Of a DNA stretch of 64,000 bases, positions 38,535-47,803 are shown piece after piece; the stretch's first letter is position 1; the number at the start of each line of letters is the position of its first letter. The stretch comes from Spirochaetota bacterium. GTDB taxonomy: Bacteria; Spirochaetota; UBA4802; JAFGDQ01. Location of the stretch: the NCBI GenBank assembly GCA_043803405.1, contig JAZDKB010000003.1:1-64000 (forward strand). Reading direction: 5' to 3'. Both the position numbers and the translations under genes were made by a program. Under the pieces are notes generated by a model, which saw only the letters and a program-made list of their open reading frames with translations, ran no database searches and was not told the DNA's origin.

Positions 38535-40021
38535 TCTATTTTTTCGGGCCTTAAAAGCGGGAAAAGGATCGTATCCTTTATGGATGAGCTGTTGATAAAG
38601 AACATAACCAGCCGGTCTATGCCGATTCCCATCCCGGCCGCAGGCGGCATCCCGTACTCCAGTGCGCAGATGTAATCGCTGTCCATCATCTGTGCCTCAT
38701 CGTCGCCTGCCTCCCTTTTCCGCACCTGATCCTCGAACCTGGCTTTCTGATCGAACGGGTCGTTCAGCTCGGTAAACGCGTTGCCGATCTCCCTGCCTGC
38801 AATATAGGGCTCAAACCGTTCGACAAATTCCGGATTATCTTCCATGGATTTGGAAAGCGGCGAAAGTTCCTTCGGGTAATCCATGATAATGGTAGGCTGT
38901 ATCAGTTTATCCTCAACCCTCTCTTCAAATATTTCATTGGCGATGTTCCATTTCGACATATCATCCGCGACCTCAAGGCCGAGCGACTTCGCGGCCTCGC
39001 GCGCTTCTTCAACTGTTTGAATTTTATTAAAATCGACGTTGGTATATTGTTTAATCACATTAATAAAAGTAATCTTTTCCCATGGAGGTGCAAGCTCAAT
39101 TGTGGAGCCCTGGTACTCTATTGCTGTTTTACCCAGATGCTTAAGAGCCAACGAAGAAACCATTTCCTGCACCAGATCCATCATATATGAATAATCCTGA
39201 TATGCGGAGTAAAGCTCAAGCATGGTAAATTCCGGATTATGCTTTGTGTCTATCCCTTCGTTCCTGAAATTTCTGTTAAGCTCGAACACCCTTTCGAAAC
39301 CGCCGACAAGAAGCCTTTTAAGATACAGCTCCGGTGCTATCCGCAGATAAAGATCAATGTCGAGCGCGTTATGATGGGTAATGAACGGCCTTGCCGCTGC
39401 GCCGCCCGGAATAGACTGCATCATCGGGGTCTCAACCTCAAGGTAAGCTCGTTCCGTGAGGAACTCCCTTATGCCGCTTATAATTTTGCTTCTCAGTATA
39501 AAATCCGCCCTTACGCCCGGGCTGACTGCAAGGTCAACATATCTTTGCCTGTACCTGAGTTCCCTGTCCGCGAACTCATCGAACAGCTGGCCGTCTTTCT
39601 CTTTAACGACCGGCAAAGGCCGTATGCACTTTGCCAGTAGCCTGATCTCCTGTACTTTTATGGATATCTCTCCGTGCTTGGTTCTGAATGTCGAGCCCTT
39701 TACTCCTACGACGTCCCCTATATCGAATGTCGTAAATATCCCGAAGCCTTCCTTCCCAAGGGCGTCTTCCCTTGCATAGAGCTGAATAGTGCCGGATATA
39801 TCTTCAAGATGCGCAAACGCGGCCTTGCCCATGGGTCTCTTGGATTTTAACCGCCCTCCAACATTAACCTCTTTCGACTCTTCATCTTTAAAATTGCTTT
39901 TTATATCAGCAGCATAATCGCTTTTAAAATATTTAACGGGATAAGGATTAATGCCTTTCTTTTTTAAATCCTCTACCTTTTCTATTCTTTGTTTTATTAA
40001 TTGTGATACTTCTTCGCTCAT
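38531..40021 (-). CDS. lysS: Lysine-tRNA ligase (class II)
   Basis: [24 protein letters not shown] and [16 protein letters not shown] motifs. Confidence 0.99.
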   Translation of the reverse strand: MSEEVSQLIKQRIEKVEDLKKKGINPYPVKYFKSDYAADIKSNFKDEESKEVNVGGRLKSKRPMGKAAFAHLEDISGTIQLYAREDALGKEGFGIFTTFDIGDVVGVKGSTFRTKHGEISIKVQEIRLLAKCIRPLPVVKEKDGQLFDEFADRELRYRQRYVDLAVSPGVRADFILRSKIISGIREFLTERAYLEVETPMMQSIPGGAAARPFITHHNALDIDLYLRIAPELYLKRLLVGGFERVFELNRNFRNEGIDTKHNPEFTMLELYSAYQDYSYMMDLVQEMVSSLALKHLGKTAIEYQGSTIELAPPWEKITFINVIKQYTNVDFNKIQTVEEAREAAKSLGLEVADDMSKWNIANEIFEERVEDKLIQPTIIMDYPKELSPLSKSMEDNPEFVERFEPYIAGREIGNAFTELNDPFDQKARFEDQVRKREAGDDEAQMMDSDYICALEYGMPPAAGMGIGIDRLVMFFINSSSIKDTILFPLLRPEKID

Positions 40022-40188
40022 CTCTACACTCCGTTTTTTTCTTAGAAAAGATTGCTATTAATAACATACATGTCAAACTGTTTTTATTTTAAAAGAGTTG
40101 GAATTTTAACTGAGAATTTAATATATTGATTAATACTATTGCGAAGAATAACTTTTAAAGTTAAACATTTCGCAGCTAAGGAGAGTTT

Positions 40189-41325
40189 ATGGATTACACG
40201 CTTGAAACAGGGCCAATCAGGCCGCCGAGCGAAGCGGAAAGCCTGCTTCTGCGGCTTACAAGAAACTGCACATGGAACAAATGCGGATTTTGCAATATAT
40301 ACAAGGGAAAAGAATTTTCCAGAAGACCAGTCGAAGAGATTAAAAAAGAGATCGATGCAATTCAGCATATATCCGACGAGTTAAAGGCAGTATCTCAAAA
40401 GATGGGACACGGTGGCAGAATAGACGGGGATGTAGTGGAAAAGGCTATTAAAGCCAACATTTCAATGCAGGAAGAATTTTACAGAATAGGTACATGGCTT
40501 TACCTGGGGGCAAAGACAGTATTCCTGCAGGATGCCAATTCCATGGTAATGAAATCGCAGGATATTATAGATATTCTGAAATATCTCAAGGAAAGATTTC
40601 CCTCGATAGTCCGGATTACAACTTATGCGAGATCAAAAACCGTCAGCAAAAAAACGCTCCAGGAACTGAAGGATCTCAGGGCAGCAGGGCTTACAAGAAT
40701 GCATATAGGCATGGAGTCAGGTTCCGATAAAGTCCTGGAACTGATAAATAAAGGCGTTACTGCCGCGGATCACATCATTGCAGGTCAAAAAGCAATGGAA
40801 GCAGGATTTGATCTATCTGAATATTTTATGCCCGGACTTGGCGGTCGTGAGCTGTCCGAAGAGAATGCAAAAGAATCGGCAAGGGTGCTAAACGCGATAA
40901 ACCCGACATTTATCCGCATACGCAGCACAGTACCGGTGCCGCGCACGCCTCTTTATGAAATGATGACCGAAAAAAAATGGATACCTCTCACTGAAGAGGA
41001 AAAAGTAAGAGAACTCAGGATTTTTATTGAAAATCTTAAAGGCATAACCAGCACTTTTTTAAGCGACCACATAATGAATCTGCTCGAAGATCTGGGGGGA
41101 GATTTCCCGCAGGGTAAAAAAGACATGCTGATGCTTATTGACGACTTTTTAAAAATGGATACGGAAGATAAGGAAAATTTTATAATAGGCAGAAGGCTTG
41201 GCCATTACAGGTATCTTTCGGATTACAGAAGAGAGAAAAAGATTACGGATATTAAGAAACAAATCCTCCAGAATTATTCTTCAGTGGATGATGCTGTTTT
41301 GCAGATCTTAAAAAGTTATATTTAA
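40189..41325 (+). CDS. Radical SAM protein of unknown function
   Basis: GPIRPPSEAESLLLRLTRNCTWNKCGFC cysteine triad, FLQDAN and HIGMESGSD motifs. Confidence 0.88.
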   Translation: MDYTLETGPIRPPSEAESLLLRLTRNCTWNKCGFCNIYKGKEFSRRPVEEIKKEIDAIQHISDELKAVSQKMGHGGRIDGDVVEKAIKANISMQEEFYRIGTWLYLGAKTVFLQDANSMVMKSQDIIDILKYLKERFPSIVRITTYARSKTVSKKTLQELKDLRAAGLTRMHIGMESGSDKVLELINKGVTAADHIIAGQKAMEAGFDLSEYFMPGLGGRELSEENAKESARVLNAINPTFIRIRSTVPVPRTPLYEMMTEKKWIPLTEEEKVRELRIFIENLKGITSTFLSDHIMNLLEDLGGDFPQGKKDMLMLIDDFLKMDTEDKENFIIGRRLGHYRYLSDYRREKKITDIKKQILQNYSSVDDAVLQILKSYI

Positions 41326-43427
41326 ATTATCTTTTTTTCAAATTCTTTGGGAGTCACTGGTTTGGAAAAGTAATAACCCTGGAACTGGTCGCATTTATGG
41401 AAAACAAGAAAATCCAGCTGCTCTTTCTTTTCCACGCCTTCTGCGATCACGTTAAAACCGAGATTATGAGCCAGATCAATAATTGTAGTTGTAATTATTG
41501 ATGAAGTCTTATTAAAAGGAATGCCGTCAATAATGGATTTATCTATCTTAAGCGTATCAATGGGATAATCTTTCAATTTGCTGAGCGATGAGTAACCTGT
41601 CCCGAAGTCGTCAATGGAAATAGCAATGCCCAGGCTATGGATCTCATTCATTTTCTCAATGCTTTCTTTTTCATTCTTAAAGATGCCGGTTTCGGTTATC
41701 TCAACTTCCAGCCATTTCGGGTCAAGCCCTGTTTTAATTAGAATTTTTTCAATATCGTTTACCAGTGTCTTTTGACTGAATTGAATCGGGGACAAATTCA
41801 CAGACACACGGATGCTTTTGCAGCCTATATCCTGCCAGTTTTTATTCTGCAAACATGATTGTTCCAGTATAATATTGCCTATCCCGATAATCATACTGTT
41901 CTTTTCCGCTATAGGAATAAACTGAACAGGCGGTACCAGCCCCCTGACGGGCGACACCCATCTTATCAGGGATTCCATTCCTACTATGTTGCCGTCGTAT
42001 GTTACCTTAGGCTGATAATAGGCGATAAATTCTTTATTAGAAATTGCAGTCTTTAATTCTTTTTCAATCTGAAAGCGGGTAATGATTTCCTCATTTAATT
42101 TAGGATCAAAGAAATGAGTTAAGTTACTCTGCTCCTTTGCGGTAAACATCGCCGCTTCGCTGTTCTTGATGATAATATCCGGAGTCACTCCATCCTCAGG
42201 GTACAGGCAGATTCCAATGCTTACGCTGATAGTAAACTGGTTTTCCTCGACTTTAATGCTGTCGGTAAATATGTCCCTGGTCTTTTTTACAAGCTGGCCC
42301 GCATCGTCGCGGCTGGCAATATCCGAAAATAAAATCATGAATTTATCGCCGTCGAAGCGGGATACGACATCCTTATTATAAAGCGATTTCTCAAGCCTGT
42401 GCGCAATTTCCGCCAGTAAAACATCGCCAGTTTCCGGTCCGTAAATATTATTTATGCTTTTAAAACCATTAATGCCGAGACACATCACCGCAAATATATC
42501 CGTTTTGCCGCGCCTTTCATTTTTATTGATTTCATTCTGAATATATGTTTTAAAATATTCCTTGTTTGGCAGCTTTGTGAGCTGGTCATAATATGTTAAA
42601 TTATAAATGCGCTCCTCTGCGTTTTTTCTTTTCGAAATATCTATTATTATCCCGTCTATTATTTTTTCATCTTTGTAATATTTAAATGACGCCTCAGCCC
42701 AGAATGTTCCTCCCTGTTTTCCTGTGAACTGTATCTCAAAATTACTGATTTTGCCTTTTTCAAGAATGCCGCCGAAAAATGACTCCCTGACATTATTATC
42801 AGCGCAAATATCACGGATATTGATTTTGTTGACCAGATCTTCCTTGCCGGTAAAGCCAAGCATTTTAATCGCTAACTCATTAATAGCAGTTATCGCTCCG
42901 CTGTCGTCGGTTGTAATCATTCCGACAAGAGCATTCTCGTAAAGGCATCTGAACTTTGCTTCGCTGTCGCGCAGGGCTTTCTCCGATGCTTTACGCTCCG
43001 AGATATCATGCGAATTCTCTACAAATCCTACCGGTATATTCTCTTCATTTCGTAATAAAGTTATTGCAGTGAGAGCAGGAAAAAGACTGCCGTCTTTTTT
43101 TTTATGGATTATTTCATCTTCATAAAAATCGTTTTCCATTACATTCTTAATAAACTCATTTATACTAATACTATTCCCTTCATTAAAAAAATAATCCGTT
43201 ACTTTTGTATTTATCAGCTCATCTGTACAACAATCATGCATGGCTGCCCAGGCTTTGTTCACGAACTGTATGCGCCCTCTTAAATCGGCAATAATAATTC
43301 CATCAACGGACTGTTCAGCTATCATTTTAAAGAGCTTCAGCGACTGCTCGGCATGTTTTAATTCTTTTTCAGCCCTTTCCAGTTGTTTTTCAGCAGTATA
43401 TTTATGCAGAATTTTCCCTTTATTCAT
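41322..43427 (-). CDS. PAS-PAS-GGDEF(degenerate)-EAL c-di-GMP phosphodiesterase
   Basis: Two PAS domains, GGDEF degenerated to DGDKF, and an EAL domain with ESL, EITE, DDFGTGYSS, AEGVE and QGYYFSKP. Confidence 0.9.
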   Translation of the reverse strand: MNKGKILHKYTAEKQLERAEKELKHAEQSLKLFKMIAEQSVDGIIIADLRGRIQFVNKAWAAMHDCCTDELINTKVTDYFFNEGNSISINEFIKNVMENDFYEDEIIHKKKDGSLFPALTAITLLRNEENIPVGFVENSHDISERKASEKALRDSEAKFRCLYENALVGMITTDDSGAITAINELAIKMLGFTGKEDLVNKINIRDICADNNVRESFFGGILEKGKISNFEIQFTGKQGGTFWAEASFKYYKDEKIIDGIIIDISKRKNAEERIYNLTYYDQLTKLPNKEYFKTYIQNEINKNERRGKTDIFAVMCLGINGFKSINNIYGPETGDVLLAEIAHRLEKSLYNKDVVSRFDGDKFMILFSDIASRDDAGQLVKKTRDIFTDSIKVEENQFTISVSIGICLYPEDGVTPDIIIKNSEAAMFTAKEQSNLTHFFDPKLNEEIITRFQIEKELKTAISNKEFIAYYQPKVTYDGNIVGMESLIRWVSPVRGLVPPVQFIPIAEKNSMIIGIGNIILEQSCLQNKNWQDIGCKSIRVSVNLSPIQFSQKTLVNDIEKILIKTGLDPKWLEVEITETGIFKNEKESIEKMNEIHSLGIAISIDDFGTGYSSLSKLKDYPIDTLKIDKSIIDGIPFNKTSSIITTTIIDLAHNLGFNVIAEGVEKKEQLDFLVFHKCDQFQGYYFSKPVTPKEFEKKII

Positions 43428-43637
43428 TGTCCGGAGACCTCATCAAATATTCTGACTGCTTAAAAATATATTTTAATCGTAACAAATAAATTATTATAAT
43501 TTATAATTTTAATTAAGTCAAGGTAAAGATTTAATCGATCTGCAAATGAAATTCTGATGTTTAAACCGAAAATAATATTATTATATTCTGCGGGTTATAA
43601 GATTATAGGCGGGAGTAAAACAGATAATCCGATGAAG

Positions 43638-44264
43638 TCAGTCATCGCTGTCAATTCTGTAATTTTTTTTAAGGTTATCATAATCAAAGTGGATCTTTTG
43701 ATTCAAGAGCTCCAGTATGTATATTTTTTCAGCATCCGAGAGAGCCTGAATTCTTTTGAAAGCTTCTGTTATGTTTTCATAAGTCATTTTTTCATCCATT
43801 GAAAAGCGCATTGTGTTTTCAAGCGCCTTTATCTGGCCGTCCCTCTCCTTTCTTTCCAGCTTGCTCAGCTCTTCCACCTGCTCCAACGCGCGGATTATTT
43901 CGTCAGCCTGTATGCGTTCTTCCCTGCCGAGATCCATTACAGCCTTCCATGCCGCAATTAAGGCATTTTCTGTTTTTCTTTCCTCTATGCTAAGATCAAG
44001 CGTAGACTGCTGCGCGTGGATTATTTTATCCTTGCCGATCAGCTCCTGCCTGGTCATTTCAGACACAAGGTTCTGTGCCTTAATGGTAGCATCAGCCTGC
44101 ATCAATTCCCGGCGGCTCATTTCAATCACTTTTTCGTACATTTCCAGATAATCGCCGAGAATTTTAATGGTCTCCGCCATTTCCATATTGCTTTGTTTCA
44201 ATGATTTGATTTGATCTTCAAGCTTTTGCCGTTTGTTTTTTTGCAAGTTTTTTAAGAATTCCAT
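43638..44264 (-). CDS. Hypothetical helical protein with tandem 21-aa repeats
   Basis: Seven imperfect 21-residue repeats visible in the translation; no family recognised. Confidence 0.75.
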   Translation of the reverse strand: MEFLKNLQKNKRQKLEDQIKSLKQSNMEMAETIKILGDYLEMYEKVIEMSRRELMQADATIKAQNLVSEMTRQELIGKDKIIHAQQSTLDLSIEERKTENALIAAWKAVMDLGREERIQADEIIRALEQVEELSKLERKERDGQIKALENTMRFSMDEKMTYENITEAFKRIQALSDAEKIYILELLNQKIHFDYDNLKKNYRIDSDD

Positions 44265-44621
44265 AATAAATAACCATTCTATACGATCAAATAATAGTAA
44301 TTAAACTTAATTGTTATGTCAAGTCAATTGAAATAAAATAATGCCGCCTGTTAAACATACAGGGACGAAACCGCGTTTATACCGATAAAAAATATTATAA
44401 AGATACAATTTTAGATTGCGCTGTTTAACATTATGTATTAGTATTTAAATTGTCATGATATAAGTAATTCGCAGGTTTTTTGGCTTTAATATTCGCAAAA
44501 CAGTTTAAAATCAATTCTATATTCCGGATTTATTTTTATAATAAAAAAAAGTAAGATAAATAACAAAATCTACCGTTAATAATAGAGACCGGTAAAACCA
44601 TATATAATTCCGAGGCAGGGA

Positions 44622-44930
44622 ATGGAAATAGAATATTATCCAGAAAATAATCTTATCGTATTGCTTCTTTTAACTCTATTGACAGGTTTTTTATATTTAT
44701 TCTGGTGGGTTGCCAGGGTAAGCAGGATATTCAACGATAATCCGGTCTCAAATATTCTGCTGATTATTTTTACGGGCGGGATATGGTACTTTTACATTAG
44801 CCTTAAGTATATACAAAAATCCGAACAGCTGAACGGCAGAGACGCCAAATGGTATACGATATTTTTTTTGCCTTTATCGTTTTTAATTATACAAAACAAT
44901 ATAAATGAAAGATATTTCCCAGGCAGATAG
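44622..44930 (+). CDS. Small membrane protein (DUF4234-like)
   Basis: LLLTLLTGFLYLFWW / LLIIFTGGIWYFY internal duplication and ...IQNNIN tail. Confidence 0.65.
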   Translation: MEIEYYPENNLIVLLLLTLLTGFLYLFWWVARVSRIFNDNPVSNILLIIFTGGIWYFYISLKYIQKSEQLNGRDAKWYTIFFLPLSFLIIQNNINERYFPGR

Positions 44931-44945
44931 CGCAAGGAGAATATA

Positions 44946-47009
44946 ATGATAGTCAGTTGTACAAATTGCGGCTCCCAGTACTCTGTAAACGACTCGAAGA
45001 TCATGGGCAAAAAATTCGGCTTTGAATGCCCTAAATGCGGGACTAATGTTGAAATCGATAACAGGGAAGAAAAAAAAGAAAGAGAGCTGTCTGAACAGAC
45101 TATGGATAAAAAGGGGAAGGATAAAAATGTATTCGAAGAGAAAATTTCCTTCCCTGATGAAGATAAATTAATTGCTGATGACGGACTTCTGGATTCTCTA
45201 AGCGAAGAAGCGTTAACAGAGGCCGGCATTGAAGATGAAGGCAAAGACACGGGCAAAACAGCCGGGAAAGAAATGCCTTCCGACAAGGATTTATCCGACG
45301 CTCTGGAAAAACTGAGTTCAGATACAGACGATGACGAGAGTTTTAATATTGAGGACATGGAACTGCCCGACCTTGAGAACATGGGCAGCCTGTCTGAGGA
45401 AGGCGCGACTTCTGACGAAGAGATAAGTAAAGTTCAACCCAAGCCGGCAGCCGTAAAAGCCATTGCTGCGAACGCAAAAAGCGCGCCAAAATTCGACGAT
45501 AGTTTTCTTGACGAAGTAGCAGGAGACGATATCCTTTCCGAAGATGAAAATCTGCTCGAGGATTTAGCTCCTATGGAAGCCGAAGAAGATATTTTGTCTG
45601 AAAAAACTGCAGTAAGCAAACCTTCCCCTCTCGAAGAATTAACCGATGAAACAATCGGCGCAGAATTCACTGAAGATTTAAACCTGATGGATGAAGTAAA
45701 AAGCGACGAAATATTTTCCCATAAAGAAAAAGCCGGGCTCGAAAGCGAGGATGAAGATATCACAATCGACCTCGATTCACTGGATATTCAGCTTGATGAG
45801 GATGAGGCAGGCATTGCAGAAGGAAGGGAAACAGAAGAATTGTCGGATTCATTTGAAATCCCTGAAATAGATACGAAGGAAATTATCGACATTGAAGGCG
45901 ATTTTATTGAAAGCAGCAGTAAAAAGAAGGCCGTTAAACCAAAAGAACGTAAAACAATGACCCCGGAAGACGAGGAAGATATTACACTGGATCTTGACGC
46001 CCTTGACCTGACCCTGGATGAAGTGGAAGAATTAAAGGAAGGCGAAGCGCTTGAAGGGGACGATGAAAGGATATCATTGTCCGATGCAGGCCTCACCACC
46101 GAAGAGTTGATGAAAGAAGATAAGATTGCCGCGCCGGCAGCTTCTGACGATGAAGACATAAGGCTGAATATCGATGAGGTTGCCCCTGAAGTAACTTTTA
46201 ACAAAGAAATTAAAACCGGGGAATCGGACGATATTATTGTTATTGACGATGATCAGCTACCGGAAATTGATCTGGATAAATATGAAAATGAAGATATTTC
46301 ATTTGATGAAGATAAAAGAAAAATCGATTTTGAAGAACCCTCTGCAAGCAATTTCAGGGAACACGAGGAAGAAATAGCAAGCCCTGATTCGGATATCCGC
46401 GATACTGTCCCCGGCGGAATAATCAATTTCTCCATCGATTATTCCCTTAAATATTCAAGGATAGGCGCCATATTCAGGCTGCTTTGCCTGTATCCCATAG
46501 TGCTTATCCCGCATTTTATTGTTTTGTTTGTTTATTCTGTCTTATCACTGTTATTGTCTCTTTTTAACTGGATAATAATTGCCTTCTCGGGAACTCATGA
46601 AGAAGATTTTACCTGTATTCAGGAAAATACCATAAGATACATGCTTTCCTTAAGCGCATGCAGCATTGACGCAGTGGAAGAAATTCCAAAGTTCGCAGGC
46701 AGAAAAGACATTAATTATTCGCTTCAATATGACGCTACATACCCTGTAAGGTACTCGAGGCTGCTGGCAATTCTGAGAATATCCGTGGCAGGCATACTGC
46801 TTGCGGCTCTGCCCCACATAATTATCCTTGCTGTCCTGTCAATAGGAACCGCCCTCATTTGCCTCATAGGAATTATCGCGATCATCATTAGAAAGAGATG
46901 GCCCGGCGTTCTATTCGACTTTATTGTAAAATATTACCGGTATATGGCAAATGTTCTGTCCTTTATCACAGGCGTTGTCGACAGGTACCCGCGTTTTAAA
47001 TTCGAATAG
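44946..47009 (+). CDS. Zinc-ribbon / long acidic region / DUF4389-like membrane protein
   Basis: N-terminal CTNC...CPKC (MJ0042-type), about 450 aa D/E-rich region, and two C-terminal YSR...R...PH...RY...Y/P repeats resembling DUF4389. Confidence 0.75.
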   Translation: MIVSCTNCGSQYSVNDSKIMGKKFGFECPKCGTNVEIDNREEKKERELSEQTMDKKGKDKNVFEEKISFPDEDKLIADDGLLDSLSEEALTEAGIEDEGKDTGKTAGKEMPSDKDLSDALEKLSSDTDDDESFNIEDMELPDLENMGSLSEEGATSDEEISKVQPKPAAVKAIAANAKSAPKFDDSFLDEVAGDDILSEDENLLEDLAPMEAEEDILSEKTAVSKPSPLEELTDETIGAEFTEDLNLMDEVKSDEIFSHKEKAGLESEDEDITIDLDSLDIQLDEDEAGIAEGRETEELSDSFEIPEIDTKEIIDIEGDFIESSSKKKAVKPKERKTMTPEDEEDITLDLDALDLTLDEVEELKEGEALEGDDERISLSDAGLTTEELMKEDKIAAPAASDDEDIRLNIDEVAPEVTFNKEIKTGESDDIIVIDDDQLPEIDLDKYENEDISFDEDKRKIDFEEPSASNFREHEEEIASPDSDIRDTVPGGIINFSIDYSLKYSRIGAIFRLLCLYPIVLIPHFIVLFVYSVLSLLLSLFNWIIIAFSGTHEEDFTCIQENTIRYMLSLSACSIDAVEEIPKFAGRKDINYSLQYDATYPVRYSRLLAILRISVAGILLAALPHIIILAVLSIGTALICLIGIIAIIIRKRWPGVLFDFIVKYYRYMANVLSFITGVVDRYPRFKFE

Positions 47010-47016
47010 CAATAAT

Positions 47017-47040
47017 GGCAGGCGCAAGGCCTGCCCCTAC
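47017..47040 (-). repeat. GTAG-type REP-like palindrome
   Basis: Minus strand GTAGGGGCAGGCCTTGCGCCTGCC, with a GGCAGGC/GCCTGCC stem, just after the stop codon at 47009. Confidence 0.65.
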
Positions 47041-47178
47041 TTATTTCTCATTTAATTATCAGAACTCATCTCAAAAACTGTCAGCCCTTAACCGCAATAA
47101 TAATTTCTTTATAAATATCTGTTGATTTATAATTTTACTATTTTAATATCTTACAAAAAAATGTGCTGGTAATAATTA

Positions 47179-47706
47179 ATGAAAACAAAAAATTATAATA
47201 CAAAAATTATATCTTTTTCTGAAATTGAAAATCTTTGCCTGGGATTAAAACAGGAAAAGAAAACTATTGTTACAACCAACGGATGCTTCGACATTCTGCA
47301 CCTTGGGCATATCGATTACCTGCAGAAGGCTTCCGAACTGGGCGAGGTACTTATTGTTGGCATAAACAGCCAGGACTCGGTGAAAAGGCTTAAGGGCAAT
47401 GACAGGCCACTTAACAGCGAAACAGGGCGCATTTCGGTTGTCGCCGCACTTGGCTTTGTCGACTACTGCGTGCTTTTTAAAGAAGACACTCCTGTAGAAT
47501 TACTTAAAAAAATTAAACCCGACATTCATGTAAAGGGCGGAGACTATTCTCCGGATGATTTAATAGAAAAAAAAGTAATTGAAGAGAACGGCGGCATTAT
47601 AAAGATATTGCCTCTGGTTAACGGGTATTCGACCACAGGCGTTATTGAAAAATTAATAAAGACCTCACCCCCCGGCCCCCTCTCCCAAAAGGAGAGGGGG
47701 AGTTGA
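47179..47706 (+). CDS. rfaE2: D-glycero-beta-D-manno-heptose 1-phosphate adenylyltransferase
   Basis: TNGCFDILHLGH, SVKRLKGNDRP, VKGGDY and GYSTT motifs. Confidence 0.93.
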   Translation: MKTKNYNTKIISFSEIENLCLGLKQEKKTIVTTNGCFDILHLGHIDYLQKASELGEVLIVGINSQDSVKRLKGNDRPLNSETGRISVVAALGFVDYCVLFKEDTPVELLKKIKPDIHVKGGDYSPDDLIEKKVIEENGGIIKILPLVNGYSTTGVIEKLIKTSPPGPLSQKERGS

Positions 47707-47787
47707 TTCTCTCTTTTAACAAGAGGGTTTATTAGATCAGTATGAACCGATCACTCCTTCGCACAAGGAGGCCAGGAGGATGAGGTC
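47661..47787. repeat. CCCTCTCC-type palindromic repeat overlapping the rfaE2 3' end
   Basis: Hairpin CCCCCTCTCC-CAAAA-GGAGAGGGGG (47676-47700); outer imperfect inverted repeat GACCTCACCCCCCGGCC / GGCCAGGAGGATGAGGTC. Confidence 0.7.
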
Positions 47788-47803
47788 GAATATATAAAAT
47801 TAA

